Of a DNA stretch of 64,000 bases, positions 57,818-64,000 are shown piece after piece. The notes below the pieces were generated by a model, which saw nothing but the letters and a program-made list of their open reading frames with translations, did no database searches and was not told the origin of the DNA. Origin of the DNA: an uncultured Porphyromonas sp. (lineage in GTDB: Bacteria > Bacteroidota > Bacteroidia > Bacteroidales > Porphyromonadaceae); assembly GCF_900538385.1 (NCBI RefSeq), contig NZ_UWSO01000004.1. One strand, 5' to 3'. Each line of letters opens with the position of its first letter. The first letter of the stretch is position 1. The position numbers and the translations under genes were made by a program.

Positions 57818-60800
57818 ATGAAACGATATAGATACATCACCCTCTCCCTCCTTCTCCTCCTTCTGTCGATCTCTGCGCTCTCCGCGCAGAAGACATCCCA
57901 ACAAGGCTCAGATAAGGATGGGAACTTCCATTTTGAAGTGACGACGACCCCCTCTTATTGTCAGAATGAGGGTACGATGGAGGTTAAGCTACTTACACCA
58001 TTTTGGGGAGCTCCGCTAGCTCTCTCTCAGATAGAGAGGGTGGAGTACGAGGTCAAGGATGGGGAAGGTCATAGTTACACTCAGGGTTACAAGCCAGCGC
58101 CAGCTCCTACAGAGGCACTTCTGATCGAGCAACTACCAGGGCGCGAGGACTACAGTATCTCTATTAGACTGATAGCTAAAGAAGGAATAGGCAAGTCTGA
58201 CGTTGAGACCTTCCTCCGCTGGAATGCAAAGGTTGAGAACAAGTATGTAGCGCTGGAGGTGACCCAGGAGAAGTTTGATGCCTATAGGTTGCCTTGTAGA
58301 CCGTACGGTAGCTTTCATATCGTAGCGCGAGGGGGTACGGAGAGACCTCCCGTCTTGAATATTAAGACCCCCAGTGCTCTTACGGCTAAGAAGATGCAAC
58401 CCACTAAGCGGGAGGTCAAGGGTGACACAACCCTCTACCACTTTGAGTATAGCGGGGCACTACCACAAGGCACTTACGAATATACTTTAGAGAGTGACTG
58501 TCGAGAGACTACTGCCAAGTCGTTCACCGTATATGGTCCTACGACCAATCTGCCTACGGTGCCATCGGATCTCAAGATCCCCTTCGGCATCGACATCATG
58601 AGTGGTGAGGGTTGCGCTAGTAGCATCAGTGCGTTTGGAGCCAGCTTCGATAAGGATAAGCCAGAGCTACGTGAGCTCTTTAAGGAGATCAATAAGGGCT
58701 ACCAAGGAGATGCGGAGAGACTTTTTCCTGAGTATGCAGACTCTTTCCCCTCTACCTTTATCAAAAACTACGAGGTAGCTGTCGTCACTCAGCAAGAGTA
58801 TGCAAAGCTCCAGCAGGGTACGCTAGACGCCAGCACGCTCCTCTGGAGTAGTCAAACGGGATCTCTCACGAAGGTCGACGCCAATGACTCGGAGAGTGGT
58901 GGTGTCAGCATCTCTTATAGACTGCCTCAGTCGATGTCTCTACAAGAGCTTCGTACGCAGCAGGCACTCCCAGCTGCCGTGCTGATACGTGTCAAGAGAC
59001 CCAACGAAGGGTGCAACGACTATATCACCATACCCATTACTGTGGACTTGGACTTTCACAAGAATCGCTTTGAGATCCTTGAGACAGAAGACGCCTCTGA
59101 CTGCTCCATAGGTCAGATTATATGGTTCCAAGGGTGGAACTTCTGTACGCTACGCTTTAAGTACTACGAGCTACCAGACGGTTCTGACAAGCCCGACCCA
59201 TCGGCTACGCCTATCCACACTTCAGATGATTTTGGTCCAGCAGTCTCTACTTCGATAGACAAGCGATACACTTTTGAGGGATATGACCCGACGAAGCGCT
59301 ACTACGTCGAGATAGAGGGCACGGATCTCTATGGCAATCCCATCATACCCAAGCCTAGCCTCATCCTAGCCCCCACAAACAAAAAGCCTATAAAGAATCG
59401 TCTCTACGACTTCTCTAGCATCTACGCCCACCTGCCTCAGCCGATGCTGGATAGAATAAAGCTTGGTAGTCTTACCGCTTATTTAAGTCCAGGTTATCAC
59501 ACTTATCTTTTTTCCTTTTACGGGAAGTCTCTCAATGCTATGGCTGGCATGGAAATCACGCTTGTCGAGGCTCCCGAAGGGTATGAAGAGTATCGCCGTA
59601 CGTGTGAGAGCTACTACTTCAATACGCCCAATCCTACGGATGCTGAAAATCCTTATGGTGGTGGTATGATAGGGCTGGGAGAGAAGATCAAAATGTCCAA
59701 CACCTTTACAGGTCCTGGGGGGACTGGCACCCCTGAATACTTTTTCCCATTTAGGTTTATCTATAAGGTAGGCAAAAACGGAGAGCGCATAGTCTATCCT
59801 TACAAAGACAACTATTCTAAACCCTCTCCGCTTAAAGACATTCTTACTAAGGATCCAGAGAAGGATGCTTATTTGGAGAAGCATCCTATGCCTCGTGGCA
59901 TCTACCGTCTCAAGTTTGAGCATCCTTGTCAGCCGGGAGAGTCCTTCTATATAGATCTAGATATGAGTGAGCCAGACTTCAAGCCCGAGCTTACGGAACT
60001 CATTAAGCCGGTGGTGGATCGAACCTCTTGTGATGAGGTGCGTGTCTACCCCTTTGCTGATGGTCGCCTAGACTATGCTATAAATAAGGAGGGTAAGCCT
60101 CGCAATATTATCTTTTATGTTACGCTTGCTGGAGGTCAAAAGAAGTGGCTCTACTTTTACCCCAAGGATCGTGATGGCAATCCGATAGATCATACTAAGT
60201 TCTATATTCCTGTCAAAAGTGTAGATCTCCCGCTCACACTGAATCTTCGCTACGTCTATCCAAAGCCTCGCTGGCAGTGGATAAAGTGGGATAAGCCGAC
60301 GTCTACTTCAGTCAACCCCATTGGGGTCAATCAGTTTGTCAAGGGAGAGCTGGAGGGAGGAAATGTAGGTGATGGATATTACAAATTACCTCTTGATGGG
60401 TACAATCCAAACAATGACCAAGACGATTGGGGTGAGGATGGCTTTTCGTGGTCTTCTTGGTCTGCAGAGTCGTTTGTCCCTTGGATTTCAGTTGATGTGC
60501 CTATAGATACAAAAGATCTGCCCCCCTCGTACGCACGTCCTACTTACGTAGGGTATCGCTGCTCCAAGGAGATGGGCTATATGGAGTTTAAGCTGATCAA
60601 TATCCCGAACAAGGTCGGTACCGTGGTACTCAAAGATGGAGATAAGGTCATCATGAGCTCAAAGATTGAGGAGTTGCCCGAAGACCTGATGGTTCGCTGG
60701 GATCTTACTGCCGAGTTGGGTAGTGAACTCAAGAATGAGTACAGGCTGGAGATTATAACCAGTCTATGTGGTGAAGCAAATATGCAGACGGAGAAGTTTA

Positions 60801-63169
60801 CCGTCAAGCTCGAGAACCTCTCTGAGGGTATTTCGGTGACCGTCTCTCCGCAGGGAGCTCACTGCCCTGGCGATGTGGTGACCCTGACGGCGACAAATCT
60901 AGGTGTGCCGGATGGTGCGTACAAGTGGACCTTTGACAATGGAGACACTGACTTTGGACGTACTATCCGTCGCAAGGTGTCCGCTCCCCGTGTAGTCAAC
61001 GGTAAGGCGCAGTATAACACCTACACGCTAACCGTCACAGGGACTAAGTGTGGTACTGCTACGAGTAAGGGTGTCATCCCCGTCTCGCCAGACGAACTCT
61101 GGTGGATGCCTCGTCCAACCTCCGCAGAAGGACACGGCACGCTACCTGAAGGACCAATTGGAGCGAACGAAACATACAATGCGCTCGTAGTGCCACAACA
61201 GGGAAATGATCCCACAGATCCTAGCGACAAGAGAGCTGGTTCAGAGCACTACGACTGGAATAACCCCGATAACTGGTCATTCCTCTATAATGGCGAGTTT
61301 TATCCAGCGAATGCTGTGCCAAGTAGCTGCACCAATGTGCATATAGTGAATATGGCGTACTTCAAGCTAGAGAATGAATTTGGTCAGCCGATTTGTCCAC
61401 AGCCAGACCTCGATAAGACGGTTACCTTTCGTGACTTGTACGGAGAGCCGACCTGTATTGATATCACTTTCCACTCGGGAGGGTTTATCTATAACCTCTC
61501 CCAGCTCAACTATCGACGGGCTATGATACGCTACAACTTTGGCGTTGCGAAGGGTACAGAGTACGAGAGTGACAAGCATATTTATACTTTAAAATCCTTC
61601 GATACCGATGAGTGGCTTCATGGGCGTAAAGAGCTTAATCTAATAGCGGCTCCGCTCTACGATATCTACGCTGGAGATTACAGCTTCAGTGCCTCTCCCT
61701 ACACCTATCAGCTTGGCTTACGAGTCTTGCCTGGTATCGAGGCGAATGATGTGTATGATATGGCTGAGTTTGACGCTAGTGCTTTCAACGACCCCTCACC
61801 ACTACAGTCTATCTCGATGGCGAGCAATAATAATAGTATCGCTCTGATCGTGGCTCCCGATGATAAGGGCTTCAACCGCAAGGGTAGCTCAGTCCCTATC
61901 ATCAAGCAGCGCCATGGTATCTTGGAGCTACCATACTTCGACAGACCAGATATAGCCCAGTCCTTCTACCATCAGACATACGATGCGAGCAAGGGGCAGA
62001 GTCGCTTCCAATATTTCGACGGCAAGGCTCAGCGCTTCCGTGGTTACTACTCGTATGCTCAGCGTAGCAAGATGGCTTACCGCTTTATCTTTGAGAACCC
62101 CACGACGCAGCGTATTCCTAAGCTCGCCAATGGTACCGAGAGTTACACGATGGAGGTCAATGCGACCGCTGCTGGTCAGGAAGTGATGGTGGGCAATCCA
62201 TTTATGACACCGCTACAGATAGCTCCTTTCCTAGATGCTAATAAAGAAGTTATAGAACCCTATGTGAGATTCTTGAGCCGTGTTGAGGTGAAAGGCTATG
62301 ATCCTCTGAAGCTAGATGGGTCTATCTTGACCTACCACCGAGCTACAGCAGAGAATAAGACGATTAATCAGCTCGAAGCATTTGTGGTCAAGCTTAAGGA
62401 GGGTGTCGGTTCTGGTGCGAAGTTGATCTTCCCAACAACCGCTCTCGACTCATATGCGAAACAACATACTCAGAGCGGTAGCCTAAGTAGTGAGAGTGGG
62501 GACGCTGGCGAAGAGGCTGCACGCTACCTATCGCTGACGCTACAGAGTCGTCTCGGCAAGGATCGTGCGCTGGTCACCTATGGCTACGAGTCTGGCTCGG
62601 TCAATAAGCTTCTGATGAGTGCGGAGAGTCGCTACCCCTCGATTGCGATTATCGATCCCGCAGGTGGTCCCTATAAGGATCTCTATGCCGATGATGTAGC
62701 TACGGGTCACTACCAGCTAGCCACACGGGTCTCCGAACCGATCGATGTGACGCTCTCGCTCGTTGGTAGTGTGATGGGTCATGTCGTGACGGCTCGTCTA
62801 ATAGACCACAAGAGCGGCCTGGAGCATGACCTGACGGGTGGTAAGAGTTGCCAGATCAAGCTCTTCCCCGATGATGCCGAGGGTCGTCTCGAGCTACGCG
62901 TGGACGGCGACTTTACGTCGGTCGCTCCGATGGCTGCGCCTACAGCCGAGCTGCAGGCGCAGTACAGCGAGGGTATGCTGACTGTCCGCACGACACAGGA
63001 GATGTCGTCCCTACGGCTTGTACAGGGAGACGGTATCACGGTCTACACGCAGTCGCTACCAGGGCTGACGGAGTACAGCGAGCGTATCCTCCTCTCGTCA
63101 GGCAGCTACGTCGTCGAGGCGATCGGCACGGACGGTGTCGCACGTCGTGCGGTGCTCGTCGTGAAGTAG
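57818..63169 (+). CDS. giant (1783 aa) secreted protein with a T9SS C-terminal domain; by position a candidate Mfa5-like pilus tip/accessory protein
   Basis: Signal 'LLLLLLSISALSAQ' from the ATG at 57818. The C-terminus 'LSSGSYVVEAIGTDGVARRAVLVVK' matches the T9SS CTD. No vWA MIDAS motif could be confirmed by eye. Confidence 0.6.
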   Translation: MKRYRYITLSLLLLLLSISALSAQKTSQQGSDKDGNFHFEVTTTPSYCQNEGTMEVKLLTPFWGAPLALSQIERVEYEVKDGEGHSYTQGYKPAPAPTEALLIEQLPGREDYSISIRLIAKEGIGKSDVETFLRWNAKVENKYVALEVTQEKFDAYRLPCRPYGSFHIVARGGTERPPVLNIKTPSALTAKKMQPTKREVKGDTTLYHFEYSGALPQGTYEYTLESDCRETTAKSFTVYGPTTNLPTVPSDLKIPFGIDIMSGEGCASSISAFGASFDKDKPELRELFKEINKGYQGDAERLFPEYADSFPSTFIKNYEVAVVTQQEYAKLQQGTLDASTLLWSSQTGSLTKVDANDSESGGVSISYRLPQSMSLQELRTQQALPAAVLIRVKRPNEGCNDYITIPITVDLDFHKNRFEILETEDASDCSIGQIIWFQGWNFCTLRFKYYELPDGSDKPDPSATPIHTSDDFGPAVSTSIDKRYTFEGYDPTKRYYVEIEGTDLYGNPIIPKPSLILAPTNKKPIKNRLYDFSSIYAHLPQPMLDRIKLGSLTAYLSPGYHTYLFSFYGKSLNAMAGMEITLVEAPEGYEEYRRTCESYYFNTPNPTDAENPYGGGMIGLGEKIKMSNTFTGPGGTGTPEYFFPFRFIYKVGKNGERIVYPYKDNYSKPSPLKDILTKDPEKDAYLEKHPMPRGIYRLKFEHPCQPGESFYIDLDMSEPDFKPELTELIKPVVDRTSCDEVRVYPFADGRLDYAINKEGKPRNIIFYVTLAGGQKKWLYFYPKDRDGNPIDHTKFYIPVKSVDLPLTLNLRYVYPKPRWQWIKWDKPTSTSVNPIGVNQFVKGELEGGNVGDGYYKLPLDGYNPNNDQDDWGEDGFSWSSWSAESFVPWISVDVPIDTKDLPPSYARPTYVGYRCSKEMGYMEFKLINIPNKVGTVVLKDGDKVIMSSKIEELPEDLMVRWDLTAELGSELKNEYRLEIITSLCGEANMQTEKFTVKLENLSEGISVTVSPQGAHCPGDVVTLTATNLGVPDGAYKWTFDNGDTDFGRTIRRKVSAPRVVNGKAQYNTYTLTVTGTKCGTATSKGVIPVSPDELWWMPRPTSAEGHGTLPEGPIGANETYNALVVPQQGNDPTDPSDKRAGSEHYDWNNPDNWSFLYNGEFYPANAVPSSCTNVHIVNMAYFKLENEFGQPICPQPDLDKTVTFRDLYGEPTCIDITFHSGGFIYNLSQLNYRRAMIRYNFGVAKGTEYESDKHIYTLKSFDTDEWLHGRKELNLIAAPLYDIYAGDYSFSASPYTYQLGLRVLPGIEANDVYDMAEFDASAFNDPSPLQSISMASNNNSIALIVAPDDKGFNRKGSSVPIIKQRHGILELPYFDRPDIAQSFYHQTYDASKGQSRFQYFDGKAQRFRGYYSYAQRSKMAYRFIFENPTTQRIPKLANGTESYTMEVNATAAGQEVMVGNPFMTPLQIAPFLDANKEVIEPYVRFLSRVEVKGYDPLKLDGSILTYHRATAENKTINQLEAFVVKLKEGVGSGAKLIFPTTALDSYAKQHTQSGSLSSESGDAGEEAARYLSLTLQSRLGKDRALVTYGYESGSVNKLLMSAESRYPSIAIIDPAGGPYKDLYADDVATGHYQLATRVSEPIDVTLSLVGSVMGHVVTARLIDHKSGLEHDLTGGKSCQIKLFPDDAEGRLELRVDGDFTSVAPMAAPTAELQAQYSEGMLTVRTTQEMSSLRLVQGDGITVYTQSLPGLTEYSERILLSSGSYVVEAIGTDGVARRAVLVVK

Positions 63170-63180
63170 ATCTTTTAGAA

Positions 63181-63300
63181 ATTAGAAGTTAGAGGTTAGT
63201 GGTCAGAGGCACTGGTACTCCTAGGAGTGCTGGTGCCTCTGCTGGTGTTAGAGCTATCGGAGGTAATCAGAGGTATCGGAGGTAATCAGAGCTATCGGAA
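63181..63300. repeat. family C tag-rich low-complexity and tandem repeats with an imperfect long hairpin
   Basis: 'agaaattagaagttagaggttagtggtcagaggcactggtactcctaggagtgctggtgcctctg' forms a hairpin. It is followed by 2.5 tandem copies of 'tatcggaggtaatcagagg'. Confidence 0.45.
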
Positions 63301-63310
63301 CGAATCGGAG

Positions 63311-63470
63311 CGAGACGTGTAACTATCACGTCGCCCTGTAGGGACGCACGGTCTGTGCGTCCGTTGTCGAACAACGAAACGTGCAGCCGATCGTTCTGAC
63401 AGCTTGATGCCGTAACCTTTAACGGGGACGGACGCAATCCCACTAGACACCAGCCGTGCGTCCCTACAAG
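63311..63470. repeat. family B palindromic element copy 4
   Basis: 'ctgtagggacgcacggtctgtgcgtccgttg...gacgcaatcccactagacaccagccgtgcgtccctacaagg'. It shares the internal 'atcccactagacac' with copy 1. Confidence 0.75.
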
Positions 63471-63521
63471 GAGTCGTCAGCTCCGATCGCCTCCGACTCA
63501 CCACGATGAGTGTTCGGTCTG

Positions 63522-63569
63522 ACCTTGGCGTGCTCATAGCACGTCACTATTTAGTACCTTTGCCAGCGG
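63522..63569 (+). promoter_or_regulatory. Bacteroidetes-type promoter (-7 box) for the downstream lipoprotein gene
   Basis: 'tatttagTACCTTTGc' at 63555..63562. Confidence 0.4.
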
Positions 63570-63610
63570 TTGATGTATCACCACAAGCCCGCTCGCGTTA
63601 TTAATAGCAC

Positions 63611-64000
63611 ATGTCTAGCTCTGTCATAGTTCCTCGCTCGCTCCTGCGGCTGCTCCTACTGCTTGTCGTAGGCGTGGCGATCGTGTCGTGTGCGACGCAG
63701 GTACGACGCACGGAGCCACCCGCAGCTACGCCGTCACAGACGGAGCCGCTAGACACGGTCGTGGCGGACCTCTCATCAGACACAACCCGACTGCTGGACA
63801 CGCTTGCCACGGCACCAGACACCCTCAAGACTCCCCTAGACTCTCTCTCCGTAGACTCTCTGGCAACTGTCAGGGACAGCCTTGCTCTCGAAGCGGATAC
63901 GACGCTGACACCTACAGCGACTGACACGCTGGCGAATGAAACAGTGGAGCTCTTTAAGCTGGAGGCGCCTGTGACCTTCTCGGCTCAGGATTCGCTGGTC
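63611..64000 (+). CDS. lipoprotein, Thr/Leu/Asp-rich, N-terminal part (3' end lies outside the window)
   Basis: The ATG at 63611 opens a frame that runs to the window end. Signal 'LLLLLVVGVAIVSC'. It is absent from the ORF track because it has no stop; the listed minus-strand ORF 63601..63927 is antisense to it. Confidence 0.5.
   Translation, partial: MSSSVIVPRSLLRLLLLLVVGVAIVSCATQVRRTEPPAATPSQTEPLDTVVADLSSDTTRLLDTLATAPDTLKTPLDSLSVDSLATVRDSLALEADTTLTPTATDTLANETVELFKLEAPVTFSAQDSLV

Noticed and set aside
63601-63927. Minus-strand ORF 63601..63927 and plus ORF 63688..63924
   Set aside because: A promoter-preceded plus-strand frame from the ATG at 63611 encodes a clean lipoprotein signal and stays open to the window end. 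The listed ORFs are alternative-frame or antisense to it.

Overview
This 64-kb window is chromosomal DNA from a high-GC Bacteroidales genome, probably Porphyromonas-like. That placement rests on the lpxC-fabZ fusion, fused SecDF, the S46 DPP7/DPP11-type peptidase, type V (Mfa/FimA-like) pilus genes, T9SS C-terminal sorting domains and the TAnnTTTG -7 promoter boxes. Most of it is housekeeping: pyrF (partial), lpxD, lpxC-fabZ, lpxA, nnr, upp, a U32 peptidase, slyD, aroC, protoporphyrinogen oxidase, bioA, bioB, a POT peptide transporter, rpmE2, lpxH, a DUF59 Fe-S protein, a DPP11-like peptidase, a CYTH protein, an Smr protein, a two-subunit Fe-S hydro-lyase, secDF, tRNA-fMet and tRNA-Gly(CCC). 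Interleaved with these is an unusually dense set of cell-surface genes: a lipoprotein serpin, seven proteins ending in T9SS C-terminal domains (four leucine-rich-repeat paralogues, a BspA-like LRR protein, a plant-type LRR protein and an S1 peptidase), and a four-gene type V pilus operon whose last gene encodes a ~1780-aa T9SS-sorted protein. The least explained structure is in the long intergenic regions. Three dispersed repeat families (A, B and C) fill them, and one copy of family A and one of family B are stacked in front of the pilus operon, whose promoter carries an 11-G homopolymer. A low-GC 1.6-kb islet next to tRNA-fMet encodes an orphan STAS-like protein plus a GHKL-ATPase pair. No CRISPR array, transposase, integrase or prophage genes are visible. 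Every call here comes from reading the sequence and the ORF translations, with no database searches.
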